DNA of 60,432 bases from Minisyncoccota bacterium (GCA_041650415.1 JBAZLC010000004.1:1-60432), one strand, 5' to 3'. Counted from the stretch's first letter, positions 8,020 to 17,781 are shown. Translations and numbers: made by a program. The notes: generated by a model not told the origin, from the letters alone.

Positions 8020-8520
8020 ATGATTCATAAATCTCAAAGGGTTGGAATTTTTATAGACATTCAAAACCTGTATCATTCCGCGAAAAACCTTTATTCCGCG
8101 CGGGTTAATTACCGCGAGCTTCTTAAAGAGCTTCTTGCCGGCCGCGACCTTATTCGTTCAATGGGTTATGTGGTTAAAAGTGAAACGGCTTTGGGCGAGG
8201 CGTCTTTTTTTGAAGCGCTTGAGAAAAACGGAATCGAACTCCGCGTAAAAGATTTGCAAATCTTTCACGGAGGAATGAAAAAAGCGGATTGGGACGTTGG
8301 AATGGCGGTCGACGCCATAAGAATGGCGGGTTCCATAGACGTCGTGATCCTGGTTACCGGAGACGGAGACTTTATTCCTTTGGTCGAGTACCTTAAATGG
8401 GGCTTGGGTAAAGAGGTTGAAGTCGCGGCTTTCGGCAGAAGCGCTTCCGCGAAGCTGAAGGAAGTGGCGGATTCGTTTATCGATATAGAAAAGAAACCAA
8501 GAATTATTTTAAAGAAATAA
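8020..8520 (+). CDS. NYN-domain (LabA/DUF88-like) protein
   Basis: RVGIFIDIQNLYHSAK...VILVTGDGDFIPLVEYLK. Confidence 0.8.
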   Translation: MIHKSQRVGIFIDIQNLYHSAKNLYSARVNYRELLKELLAGRDLIRSMGYVVKSETALGEASFFEALEKNGIELRVKDLQIFHGGMKKADWDVGMAVDAIRMAGSIDVVILVTGDGDFIPLVEYLKWGLGKEVEVAAFGRSASAKLKEVADSFIDIEKKPRIILKK

Positions 8521-8559
8521 GACATAAGAAGTAAGAAATAAAATTAAATTAATAAGGCG

Positions 8560-8650
8560 TGGCGTTGGCGTACTAATTCATACTAATGATACCGATTCGT
8601 AAAATTCGTATCATTCGCATGCATTCGTATGTTGGCATCGCGCTAATAAT
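8560..8650. repeat. Short-period repeats in the pnp upstream spacer: ATTCG(T/C)A four times at 9-10 nt spacing, and TACTAAT twice
   Basis: attcgtaaaattcgtatcattcgcatgcattcgtatg, and gtactaattcatactaatg. Confidence 0.6.
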
Positions 8651-8656
8651 ACGAAA

Positions 8657-10756
8657 ATGAGCTTAAACAGAAAACAATTTACTACGGAAATAGCGGGCAG
8701 AACTTTGACTCTTGAAACTTCGGATTTGGCCGGACAAGCCAATGCCGCGGTTTTGGGAACTTACGGCGACACTTCGGTTTTAGTCGCCGTTACCATGGGA
8801 AAAGAAGACAGAAACACGGATTATTTTCCTTTGACGGTTGATTTCGAGAAGAAATTTTATTCCGCCGGAAAAATTCTTGGCGGCAAATTTTTCAAAAGAG
8901 AAAGCAAACCTTCGGAAGACGCGATTTTGTCGGGCAGATTAATAGACAGGACATTGCGTCCGCTTTTCGACCATCGCCTTCGCAGAGACGTTCAGGTTGT
9001 CATCACGATTTTGTCTTACGACGGAGAAAACAGCGCCGAGTTTGTCGGTTTAATAACGGCTTCGGTCGCTTTGGCGATTTCTGATGTTCCGTGGAACGGA
9101 CCGGTAGCGGGAGTTCAGCTTGCGCGCTTAAAAAACGGAAAGACGGAAATCAATCCGGTAAATTCCAGTCTTGCGGAAAAAGAAAATATTTTGCTTGAAG
9201 CTTTTGTCTCGGGAGCGCAGGATAAAATAAACATGCTCGAGCTCGCCGGTAACGAAGCGCAAGAAAAGGACGTTGTTGATTCTTTTAAAATCGCCCATGA
9301 AGAAATTAAAAAACTTATCACTTTCCAAAAAGATGTAATCGTAAAAGTCGGCAAACCGAAAGCCGAGATTGAATTCGCCGACATTTCGGAATTAAAAACC
9401 AAAATACAGGAATTTTTGAAAGGCAAACTTGAAGAAGCGGTTTATGTTCCGGCAAAAACCGAAATGCATAGTAATTTAGACTCTCTTAAAAAGGATTTGA
9501 AAGCCAATTTAACCGAGAGTGGAGTAGAAGAATCTTTACTTGGTAAAGTAGACGCAATATTTGAAGAAGAAATCGACGCGCTTGTGCACGCCAAACTTCT
9601 TAATGAAGGTAAAAGGCCCGATGGCAGAAAAAACGACGAGCTTCGTCCGCTTTACGGCGAAGTCGGCGTATTTAAGCGCCTTCATGGCTCGGCTATTTTC
9701 CAACGCGGCAATACCCAATCTTTGGCGGTTGTTACTTTAGCCGCTCCGGGTTCGGAACAAATGGTTGAAACAATAGAATCCACGTATAAAAAGAGGTTTA
9801 TGCTCCATTATAACTTCCCGCCGTTTTCAACTGGCGAAGTTGGCAGATTGGGCGGTCCGGGCCGCAGAGAAATAGGACATGGCGCTTTGGCTGAAAAAGC
9901 ACTCCGCCCGATGATTCCTTCGCAGGATGAATTTCCTTACGTTATTCGTGTAGTCTCGGAAATTCTTTCTTCAAACGGTTCGTCTTCGATGGCTTCTACT
10001 TGCGCCGGCTCTTTGGCTTTGATGGATGCGGGTGTGCCGATTAAAAAACCGGTTGCCGGAATCGCCATGGGGCTTATGAGCGACAAAGATAAATATAAAA
10101 TTCTTACCGACATTCAGGGACCGGAAGACCATTACGGCGATATGGATTGCAAAGTTGCCGGAACAGCGGACGGCATAACCGCCATTCAGATGGATGTTAA
10201 AATCGAGGGCGTTACCGCGGATGTTTTGGGGGAAGTTTTCGAACAATCCAAAAAAGCGCGGCTTGAAATCTTAAGCGTCATAAAATCGGTGATCGATAAG
10301 CCGCGAGCCGAGACTTCGGCTTACGCGCCGAGTATCGTTTCGATGCAAATTGACCCAGAGCAAATCGGCGAAGTAATCGGCCCGGGAGGAAAAACCATAA
10401 ATGGAATAATTGCTTCGACTGGTGCATTGAGTATCGATGTCGAGCAAACCGGAAAAGTTTACGTTGCCGGCGCGACAAAGGAAAGTGCTGCCGCCGCGGC
10501 AAAACAAATTGAAAGCATCACGCATCAATTTGCGCCCGGAGAAATAGTTGAGGGCCCCGTTATAAAAATCTTAGACTTCGGCGCGATCGTGGATTTGGGC
10601 GGAGGACGTGACGGGATGATTCACGTGTCCGAACTTAAAAATGGGTTCGTCGAAAAAGTTGAAGACGTAATTCATATGGGAGATGTCGTTAAAGCGAAAG
10701 TCGTGAAAGTTGAAAACGGAAGAATTGGATTGTCATTGAAAGCAATAGGGAAATAG
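8657..10756 (+). CDS. pnp: Polyribonucleotide nucleotidyltransferase (PNPase)
   Basis: Two RNase PH domains followed by KH (EVIGPGGKTINGI) and S1 (GEIVEGPVIKILDFGAIVDL) domains. Confidence 0.95.
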   Translation: MSLNRKQFTTEIAGRTLTLETSDLAGQANAAVLGTYGDTSVLVAVTMGKEDRNTDYFPLTVDFEKKFYSAGKILGGKFFKRESKPSEDAILSGRLIDRTLRPLFDHRLRRDVQVVITILSYDGENSAEFVGLITASVALAISDVPWNGPVAGVQLARLKNGKTEINPVNSSLAEKENILLEAFVSGAQDKINMLELAGNEAQEKDVVDSFKIAHEEIKKLITFQKDVIVKVGKPKAEIEFADISELKTKIQEFLKGKLEEAVYVPAKTEMHSNLDSLKKDLKANLTESGVEESLLGKVDAIFEEEIDALVHAKLLNEGKRPDGRKNDELRPLYGEVGVFKRLHGSAIFQRGNTQSLAVVTLAAPGSEQMVETIESTYKKRFMLHYNFPPFSTGEVGRLGGPGRREIGHGALAEKALRPMIPSQDEFPYVIRVVSEILSSNGSSSMASTCAGSLALMDAGVPIKKPVAGIAMGLMSDKDKYKILTDIQGPEDHYGDMDCKVAGTADGITAIQMDVKIEGVTADVLGEVFEQSKKARLEILSVIKSVIDKPRAETSAYAPSIVSMQIDPEQIGEVIGPGGKTINGIIASTGALSIDVEQTGKVYVAGATKESAAAAAKQIESITHQFAPGEIVEGPVIKILDFGAIVDLGGGRDGMIHVSELKNGFVEKVEDVIHMGDVVKAKVVKVENGRIGLSLKAIGK

Positions 10757-10775
10757 AGAACAGTAGAACTACAAA

Positions 10776-10805
10776 CAAAAAATCCCCCGTTTGGGGGATT
10801 TTTAT
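10776..10805. terminator. Bidirectional terminator between pnp and rpsT
   Basis: aaaaaatcccccgtttgggggattttta. Confidence 0.8.
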
Positions 10806-11059
10806 TACTTAAGCATTTTAGAAAGTCTGGACTTCATTCTGGAGGCTTTATTTTTCTTTATTAATTTGCTTTTTGCGGTCTTGTCGAACTTCTTGTAAAT
10901 AACTGAAAGATACTCTTTGGCTTTGTCTTTTTCGCCGGAAGTTATCATCTTTTTGTATTGTTTAACAACAGTTCTTAAATCGGTTTTTCTTTTGACGTTT
11001 GCTTTGCGCCGGCGAACATTTTGCCGCAAGGCTTTTTTAGCTGATTTAATTATTGGCAT
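10805..11059 (-). CDS. rpsT: 30S ribosomal protein S20
   Basis: MPIIKSAKKALRQNVRRRKAN... Confidence 0.9.
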   Translation of the reverse strand: MPIIKSAKKALRQNVRRRKANVKRKTDLRTVVKQYKKMITSGEKDKAKEYLSVIYKKFDKTAKSKLIKKNKASRMKSRLSKMLK

Positions 11060-11151
11060 GTGGATATAATATATTTTCTCATTTGCTCTGTCAACCGCAA
11101 TCGTCTAAAATACTAATTATCCAATTAACCAATTATCTAATTCACTAAAAC

Positions 11152-11730
11152 ATGATTTATTCAATTTCGGGGAAACTAATTGCCAAAACCCGCCAATTCG
11201 CGGCAGTGGACGTTATGGGTTTGGGCATTAAAGTTTCAATAACTCAGAAAACTTTTCAAAAACTTCCTAAAATCGGCGAAAAAGTAAATTTGCTTTGTTA
11301 TTTTTACAGCTCGCAAAACGGTTTTGAGCTTTATGGATTTTTCGACCAGCAAGAACGCGATGTTTTCGAAATGCTTAATTCCATAAACGGCATTGGGCCG
11401 AAAGCGGCTTTAAAAATTTTGTCCGAGATGAAAGCGGAAAGTCTTTTGAGTGCCATCAGTAAAGGGAAGAATGAAATTTTGACGAAAATGGCCGGGATTG
11501 GCGCCAAAAAAGCCAGTAGAATAATTTTGGAGCTTAGCGATAAGATAAAAAACCAGAAACTTTCGGAAACGGACGATAATTTTGAAGTTGATTCGGAGCT
11601 TGAAGAAGTTTTGAAGACTTTGGGCTACAAGCAGAAACAAATTCGCGAGGCGTCGGAAAAAATTTCCCCGAAAATAAAAACTTTACAGGAAAGATTGAAG
11701 GCCGCGCTCAAAATATTAAGCGGAAGATAA
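11152..11730 (+). CDS. ruvA: Holliday junction branch-migration protein RuvA
   Basis: HhH motifs INGIGPKAALKIL and MAGIGAKKASRIILEL. Confidence 0.9.
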   Translation: MIYSISGKLIAKTRQFAAVDVMGLGIKVSITQKTFQKLPKIGEKVNLLCYFYSSQNGFELYGFFDQQERDVFEMLNSINGIGPKAALKILSEMKAESLLSAISKGKNEILTKMAGIGAKKASRIILELSDKIKNQKLSETDDNFEVDSELEEVLKTLGYKQKQIREASEKISPKIKTLQERLKAALKILSGR

Positions 11731-13047
11731 ATGGATCAAATTTTACGCGCAATAAAAAAAATAATTCCGGTTAAACTTTTCCGGCTCGCGCAGCCGGCGT
11801 ATCATTTTTGCCTGGCGTATTTGGGCGCGTTGGTTTACGGGTTTCCTTCCCGAAAAATGTTTGTCGTCGGCGTTACGGGCACTAAAGGCAAAAGCACGAC
11901 TTCTTATTTAATCGCCCAACTTTTGAATTCCGCCGGGCTAAAAACCGGCATGGCGACGACGGTTCTTTTTAAAATCGGCGAGAAGGAATGGCTTAATTCT
12001 TCAAAACAGACAATGCTGGGCAGATTTCAGCTTCAGCAACTGTTGGCAAAAATGGCGAAAGAAGGCTGTGAATATGCGGTGGTTGAAACGTCTTCGGAAG
12101 GCATTTTACAGTACCGCCACACTTTTATAGATTATGACGCGGCGGTTTTTACCAATTTGTCACCCGAGCACATCGAACGCCATGGCAGTTTTGAAAATTA
12201 TCGGGACGCAAAGGTAAAACTTTTTGAAAAAGTCGCGGAAAAAGAAAATAGCGTGGGTGTTTATAATTTGGACGATGCCAATGTCGGTTATTTTTTGGCG
12301 CCGAAAATTCCAAATCAATACGTTTTCACTTCAAATTTAAAAATGCCCGGCGGCAGCATAGGAAATCTTTATCAAATAACAAAAATAAAATCCGGTTCCA
12401 GCGGAACGAGTTTTTTAATAAATAATGAAGAAATAAAAACGCCGTTGATCGGAAGGTTTAATGTTTATAATGCCGCGGCCGCGATTTGTTTTGTCTTGTC
12501 GCAAGGCGTGGAAATGGCCGAAGTTAAAAAAGCGATGACGGAAATAAAACCGCCACCCGGCAGATTGGAGCTGGTTAAGGCGAACGGTTTTAATGTGGTA
12601 GTTGATTACGCGCATGAGCCGGCGAGTTTGGAGGCTGTTTATAAAGCGGTTATCGAATCAAAAATAAAATCTCCAAAAGGAGAAATGGTTTGTTTGTTTG
12701 GCTCGCAAGGGGGCGGCAGGGATAAATGGAAACGGCAGGCGATGGGTAGAGTTGCGGCGGAATATTGCGATAAAATTATTTTAACAAACGAAGATCCGTA
12801 CGACGAATCACCGATTGAAATAATAAATCAGGTAAGCGAAGGAATAGTTATAGACGGAAAAAACTCCAAAGTAGTATATAAAATTATTGACCGCGAAGAA
12901 GCTATAAAAAAAGCGATTTCTTTGGCCGGAAAAGACGACGCGGTTGTTTTAACGGGCAAAGGCGGAGAAGTTTGGATGTGTGTTGAAAACGGCAAAAAAA
13001 TTCCCTGGGATGAAAGAAAAACAGTTGAAGATTTACTTGGAAATTAA
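11731..13047 (+). CDS. Mur ligase family protein (MurE-like) with a short N-terminus
   Basis: GVTGTKGKSTT P-loop plus middle and C-terminal Mur ligase motifs (DYAHEP, LTNEDP). Substrate cannot be assigned by eye. Confidence 0.75.
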   Translation: MDQILRAIKKIIPVKLFRLAQPAYHFCLAYLGALVYGFPSRKMFVVGVTGTKGKSTTSYLIAQLLNSAGLKTGMATTVLFKIGEKEWLNSSKQTMLGRFQLQQLLAKMAKEGCEYAVVETSSEGILQYRHTFIDYDAAVFTNLSPEHIERHGSFENYRDAKVKLFEKVAEKENSVGVYNLDDANVGYFLAPKIPNQYVFTSNLKMPGGSIGNLYQITKIKSGSSGTSFLINNEEIKTPLIGRFNVYNAAAAICFVLSQGVEMAEVKKAMTEIKPPPGRLELVKANGFNVVVDYAHEPASLEAVYKAVIESKIKSPKGEMVCLFGSQGGGRDKWKRQAMGRVAAEYCDKIILTNEDPYDESPIEIINQVSEGIVIDGKNSKVVYKIIDREEAIKKAISLAGKDDAVVLTGKGGEVWMCVENGKKIPWDERKTVEDLLGN

Positions 13048-13911
13048 CCAAATCGTCAAAGCTGAAGCAATAGACAGTATTATTGGAGGAGTGTTTTTCT
13101 TCAGCCATTTCTTGGATGTGGCTAATTTATTTTTTGGGAATTTTTCTTCAAAAAAATCATTAATAATACTTCTTAATTCTTGAGCATTTTCCAGTGTTTT
13201 AAAAGATTTATCACGACAAAAAGATACTATTCCTTTTTCTTCGGAAACTACGATTATTAATGCGTCAGACACTTCAGATAAGCCGAGAGCCGCTCTGTGC
13301 CGGGTGCCGAAATTTCTTACCGCTCTGACGTTTTCGGCCAGCGGCAAATGAGCTGCAAACTTTTTAATTTTGTCTTCTTCGATGATGACGGCGCCATCAT
13401 GGCCTGGTGAAGACGGATCGAAAATGCTTAATAGTAAGGGTTCGGAAATTCTTCCTCCCAAATAATAACCGCCTTCAAGATGCCGATCGATGCTCTCAAG
13501 ACCCGGGAAAACTATTAAGGCGCCTATTTTTTTCCTGATGAAAATTTCTACGGTGTTGATAATTGTTTTTTCTATGTCTTCGTATAATGGAATCTGTTTG
13601 CGTCTCAATCCCACAATACCGACAATCTCAAAAAATCTCCGCAGTTCTTTTTGGAAAATTATCGCCGTTATTACAAGAAGAAATCCGAAAATTGAATGGA
13701 AAATCTTTTCGGTTAATTTGAGATCAAAGAAAACGCTTAAGCTGTAAATTATAAAAAGGACGATAATACCAGCAATAATTGGCGCAGACTTCGTTTTTTG
13801 GAGAACGATGACAGTCAAATAAACAAGAGCTGAAACAATAATAATATCAAGGGCATCCTTTGCGCCAAAAGAAATATTATTGAATATATTTAAGAATAAA
13901 TTTAAATTCAT
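13033..13911 (-). CDS. cdaA: Membrane-bound diadenylate cyclase (CdaA-type DAC domain)
   Basis: Three N-terminal TM helices, plus GALIV, HDGAVII, GTRHRAALG and VVSEEKG. Confidence 0.9.
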   Translation of the reverse strand: MNLNLFLNIFNNISFGAKDALDIIIVSALVYLTVIVLQKTKSAPIIAGIIVLFIIYSLSVFFDLKLTEKIFHSIFGFLLVITAIIFQKELRRFFEIVGIVGLRRKQIPLYEDIEKTIINTVEIFIRKKIGALIVFPGLESIDRHLEGGYYLGGRISEPLLLSIFDPSSPGHDGAVIIEEDKIKKFAAHLPLAENVRAVRNFGTRHRAALGLSEVSDALIIVVSEEKGIVSFCRDKSFKTLENAQELRSIINDFFEEKFPKNKLATSKKWLKKNTPPIILSIASALTIWLISK

Positions 13912-13946
13912 TGAAAAAATGCCTCTTTATTGTTATTGTATTTCAA

Positions 13947-15110
13947 ATGAGAAAAAATATCTATCTTGATTATGCCGCCGCCACTTATATCGAGCCGGCG
14001 GTGCTCAAAAAAATGCAGCCGTATCTTGGCGATTTTTTTGGCAATGCTTCGTCTTTACACTCGCTGGGCCAAATTTCAAGAACTGCAATTGAGAAATCGA
14101 GGCGGGAAACTGCCGGAATTTTAGGCGTTTTACCCGAAGAAATTATTTTTACCGGTTCAGGCACGGAATCGGCGAATTTGGCAGTTTTCGGAATCGCCCG
14201 GGCTTACAAAAAATCCGGTAATCACATAATAGTTTCAAAAATAGAACATAAGGCGATTTTAGAATCGGCAAAGTCTCTCGAAAAAGAGGGTTTTGACGTG
14301 ATTTATTTGGACGTTGATAAAAACGGGCTGGTTAAATTGGATGAATTAAAAAAGGCTTTAAACAAAAAAACGATTTTAGTTTCAATAATGTATGCGAATA
14401 ATGAAATCGGAACAATCCAACCGATAGCCGAGATTTCCCGGATAATAAAAGAATTTAAAAGTGAGATTGTTTTTCATACGGACGCTTGTCAGATTGCTGG
14501 CGCTTTGCCTTTGGACGTTAAAAAGCTTGGCGTTGACGCGCTTACTTTAAACGGTTCGAAAATTTACGGGCCAAAGGGAATAGGTTGTTTGTATTTGAAT
14601 AAAAATATAAAAATAGAACCGATAACTGTCGGCGGCGGGCAGGAAAATAATTTTAGAGCAGGTACGGAAAATCCGGCCTTGATAGTCGGATTTAGCGAAG
14701 CGTTAAAGCTTGCCGAGAAAATGAGGGTGGAAGAAAGCCGGCGGCTCACAATTTTGCGCGATTATTTAATAAAAAACGTTTTGAAATCCATTAAAGGTTG
14801 CCGGTTAAACGGTGATGCCAAAAAAAGATTGCCTAATAACATCAACTTTTTATTTTTCGGCATTGATGGCGAAGCGTTGGTTTTGCGTTTAGACCTTTAT
14901 GGAATTTACGCGTCAACCGGTTCGGCTTGTACTTCTTTTGATTTCGCGGCTTCGCACGTTCTATCGGCTTTAGGTATAAAAAAAGAGCTGATTCACGGCT
15001 CTTTGCGGTTGACTCTTGGAAGAAAAACGACAAAAAAAGATTTAGATTACGTTTTAAAAATTTTGGTTCGTGAAGTTGGAGACTTAAGGAAAATGTCGGC
15101 GGTGAAATAA
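13947..15110 (+). CDS. Cysteine desulfurase (NifS/IscS class V aminotransferase)
   Basis: IYLDYAAAT, GTESANLA, LNGSKIYGPKGIG, SGSACTS. I prefer the ATG at 13947 to the TTG at 13911. Confidence 0.85.
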   Translation: MRKNIYLDYAAATYIEPAVLKKMQPYLGDFFGNASSLHSLGQISRTAIEKSRRETAGILGVLPEEIIFTGSGTESANLAVFGIARAYKKSGNHIIVSKIEHKAILESAKSLEKEGFDVIYLDVDKNGLVKLDELKKALNKKTILVSIMYANNEIGTIQPIAEISRIIKEFKSEIVFHTDACQIAGALPLDVKKLGVDALTLNGSKIYGPKGIGCLYLNKNIKIEPITVGGGQENNFRAGTENPALIVGFSEALKLAEKMRVEESRRLTILRDYLIKNVLKSIKGCRLNGDAKKRLPNNINFLFFGIDGEALVLRLDLYGIYASTGSACTSFDFAASHVLSALGIKKELIHGSLRLTLGRKTTKKDLDYVLKILVREVGDLRKMSAVK

Positions 15111-15140
15111 ATCTCACACATAACTTGTTGTGCGTGGGAT

Positions 15141-15175
15141 AAAAAATGGGAGGCGTCTTTTCAGAACAGCCTCCC
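15141..15175 (-). terminator. Rho-independent terminator of island B
   Basis: gggaggc (15148-15154) pairs with gcctccc (15169-15175). The A-run at 15141-15146 gives a T-tract on the minus strand. Confidence 0.7.
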
Positions 15176-15191
15176 TATGTGTTGAGCGGAA

Positions 15192-15515
15192 TTACTTCCG
15201 CAGTCTTCTCGGTTTTGGCTTATGAAGCCGCCATCCGAGCATGTACAAACTAGAAAGCGGTGGCGGATCAAAGCAGTTGCCGCATGGAGCATCTTCTCCC
15301 TCGGGAATGGAAGCTCCGCATTCTATGCAGATATCGTTCTCTGGATTGAAAATTAATCTTTGTTGTGGTTCCAATTCGTCCACTTTTTCAACAGTGAATT
15401 GCATTTCTATCTCCGGTGCTTCGTAGCAATTACCGCATGAAGCGCCTCGCTCTGGAATGGCAGCGCCGCACTTTGGGCAACGGTAACCATCTGCAAACTT
15501 TGCTCTGTGTAGCAT
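15192..15515 (-). CDS. Double zinc-ribbon protein, 107 aa, in GC-rich island B
   Basis: CPKCGAAIPERGASCGNC and CIECGASIPEGEDAPCGNC. AAGGAGG lies 9 nt upstream of the ATG. Confidence 0.7.
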   Translation of the reverse strand: MLHRAKFADGYRCPKCGAAIPERGASCGNCYEAPEIEMQFTVEKVDELEPQQRLIFNPENDICIECGASIPEGEDAPCGNCFDPPPLSSLYMLGWRLHKPKPRRLRK

Positions 15516-15708
15516 TGGCGCCTACCTCCTTTTTGTTGATGAGTAGCCCCAGTACAAACAGTGCCAGGCCAGCAAGGCAGTGAAGTTGAATCTGACAGAA
15601 CGGCGTGGTTTCCTCGGCCAAAATCAACGTTTCAAAGTCGCTTTGACCGATAGATCCCAAAACGATCAATACTCCTAAAACCATCGCAATAACTCCAACT
15701 TTTTTCAT
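15430..15708 (-). CDS. Small two-TM membrane protein in island B; its 3' end overlaps the next gene by 86 nt
   Basis: MKKVGVIAMVLGVLIVLGSIG...LHCLAGLALFVLGLLI. AAGGAGG lies 7 nt upstream of the ATG. The Arg-rich tail after LINKKEV may simply be read-through into the next gene's SD/start region. Confidence 0.6.
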   Translation of the reverse strand: MKKVGVIAMVLGVLIVLGSIGQSDFETLILAEETTPFCQIQLHCLAGLALFVLGLLINKKEVGANATQSKVCRWLPLPKVRRCHSRARRFMR

Positions 15709-15773
15709 GGAAATACCTCCTTGAACTAAGATGGGTTTATGATTCCGTATGACATTTCCAACGATCTGTTTAT

Positions 15774-15801
15774 ATTATACACAAAAATGTGATTTTGTCA
15801 A
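15774..15801 (-). promoter_or_regulatory. Near-consensus sigma70 promoter for island B
   Basis: On the minus strand: TTGACA (15801-15796), 16-nt spacer, TATAAT (15779-15774). Confidence 0.6.
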
Positions 15802-15842
15802 GGTTTACAGCCTTTTTTCTTTAAATTTGCTATAATTTTTAC

Positions 15843-17189
15843 ATGAAGCTCAAGTTTTGCGGCGGAGCGAAAAGTGTTACCGGCGCCAACTATTTGATAA
15901 ATGACAGCGTGCTTGTCGATTGCGGACTCAACCAGGGTTCAAACTTTTTGGAAAAAATAAATTTCGAGCCGTTCCCGTATGACGTTAAAAACATCAAAGC
16001 GGTTTTAATAACTCACGCCCACATAGACCATATCGGCCGGTTGCCCCAGCTTTATAAGGCGGGTTTTCGGGGCGATGTTTTTTCGACGCCGCCGACCAAA
16101 GATTTTGCCGAAGAGCTTTTACTTGATTCGGAAAACGTTTTAGGCAAAGAAGCCCGTGATAGAAACAAGGAACCAATCTATGATATTGAAGATATTGCGG
16201 GATTGATGCGTTTATGGAAAACAATTGAGTATCATAAAAATCTTAAGATTGGCGAATTGGATGTTGAATTTTTGAACGCCGGTCACATTCTTGGTTCAAG
16301 CTGCATCTCTGTTTCTTCTGAAGGAAAAAGAATTATTTTTTCCGGCGACTTGGGTAATTCGCCTGCGCCGTTTATCAAAGACGGCGACAAAATAGAAAAC
16401 GCCGATTATGTTTTGATGGAATCCGCCTATGGAGACAGATTGCATGAAAATCTTGAATCCAGAAAGGAATTGCTTGAAGATTTTGTCGAAGAAACGGTTA
16501 AATCGGGCGGAACTTTGATGATTCCGGCTTTTGCCATGGAGCGCACGCAAGAACTTTTATTTGAGTTGAATGAATTGGTTGAAAATGGCCGCGTGCCCAA
16601 AGCGCCGGTTTTTGTCGATAGTCCTTTGGCTATCAAATTAACATCGGTTTATAAAAAATATTCGCAAGACACTAAATATTTCCGAGAAGAAGCGATTGAT
16701 TTGCTAAAGAAAGGCGATGCAATTTTTAACTTTCCCGGTTTAAGGACGACTCTTACAACAGAGGATTCAAAGCAAATAAATAATATTTCTCCTCCGAAAA
16801 TAATTATCGCCGGTTCTGGAATGTCGCAGGGTGGAAGGATCTTGCATCACGAAATGCGTTATTTGCCGGACCCCAAAAGCGCGATTTTGTTTATCGGTTA
16901 TCAGGTTGGCGGTTCTTTAGGAAGGCGGATTTTAGACGGAGAAAAATGGGTTAAAATTTACGGTGAAGAAATTCCGGTAAAATGTAAAATAAGGTCAATT
17001 GCCGGATATTCGGCGCATGCCGACCAACGGCAACTTTTGGATTGGCTCCGGCCCATGCGTCTTAGCGCGAAAAAAGTTTTTATCGTTCAAGGGGAAGAAG
17101 AGGGTATGTTGGTTTTGGCGCAAAAAGTTCGGGACGAATTGGCTCTTGAGGCGGTTATTCCTTCAATTGGAGAAGAATTTATGCTATAA
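15843..17189 (+). CDS. MBL-fold beta-CASP ribonuclease (CPSF / RNase J-like)
   Basis: HAHIDHIGRLP, beta-CASP region, and the C-terminal SAHAD motif (GYSAHADQRQL). TATAAT at 15832-15837 lies 5 nt before the ATG. Confidence 0.85.
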   Translation: MKLKFCGGAKSVTGANYLINDSVLVDCGLNQGSNFLEKINFEPFPYDVKNIKAVLITHAHIDHIGRLPQLYKAGFRGDVFSTPPTKDFAEELLLDSENVLGKEARDRNKEPIYDIEDIAGLMRLWKTIEYHKNLKIGELDVEFLNAGHILGSSCISVSSEGKRIIFSGDLGNSPAPFIKDGDKIENADYVLMESAYGDRLHENLESRKELLEDFVEETVKSGGTLMIPAFAMERTQELLFELNELVENGRVPKAPVFVDSPLAIKLTSVYKKYSQDTKYFREEAIDLLKKGDAIFNFPGLRTTLTTEDSKQINNISPPKIIIAGSGMSQGGRILHHEMRYLPDPKSAILFIGYQVGGSLGRRILDGEKWVKIYGEEIPVKCKIRSIAGYSAHADQRQLLDWLRPMRLSAKKVFIVQGEEEGMLVLAQKVRDELALEAVIPSIGEEFML

Positions 17190-17198
17190 TTTATATCT

Positions 17199-17768
17199 AT
17201 GAATAATAATTATCCTAAATTTAAAATCTGCGTTTCCGGAGCAGCGGAAACTGATATGTGCGGAGATTCGGCTTTCGCCAAAGCGGAAGAATTAGGGAAA
17301 GAAATAATCAAACAAGGTTGCGTTTTGGTTAATGGCGCGACAACGGGTTTTCCGTATTGGGCAGCTAAAGGCGCGAAAGGCGTTGATGGCATAGTTGTCG
17401 GAATTTCTCCGGCCGATTGCGAAAAAGAACATGTTGAATATTATAAATTGCCGCTTGATTATCAAAATTTGATTATCTACACGGGCTTCGGGTATTCGGG
17501 CAGAAACTTGCTTTTGACCCGTTCGGCGGACGCGGTTGTCGTCGGCTGTGGAAGAATGGGAACGATAAACGAATTTACAATAGCTTTTGAAGATAAAAAA
17601 CCGATAGGAATTTTAACCGGCGAGTGGGAAACGGATGAATTAATTAAGGATATAATTGAAAAGTCTCACCGCGCGGAAGAGATGAAAGACAAGATAATTT
17701 TTTCCAGCGACCCGAAAGAATTAATCGCTAAAGTAATAGAGGTCATAAAAAAAGAGAAAGGTCGGTAA
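17199..17768 (+). CDS. LOG / TIGR00725-like Rossmann-fold protein
   Basis: KICVSGAAE...VNGATTGFPYWAAKGA...GCGRMGTINEFTIAF. Confidence 0.6.
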   Translation: MNNNYPKFKICVSGAAETDMCGDSAFAKAEELGKEIIKQGCVLVNGATTGFPYWAAKGAKGVDGIVVGISPADCEKEHVEYYKLPLDYQNLIIYTGFGYSGRNLLLTRSADAVVVGCGRMGTINEFTIAFEDKKPIGILTGEWETDELIKDIIEKSHRAEEMKDKIIFSSDPKELIAKVIEVIKKEKGR

Positions 17769-17781
17769 CAAAAACATCAAT

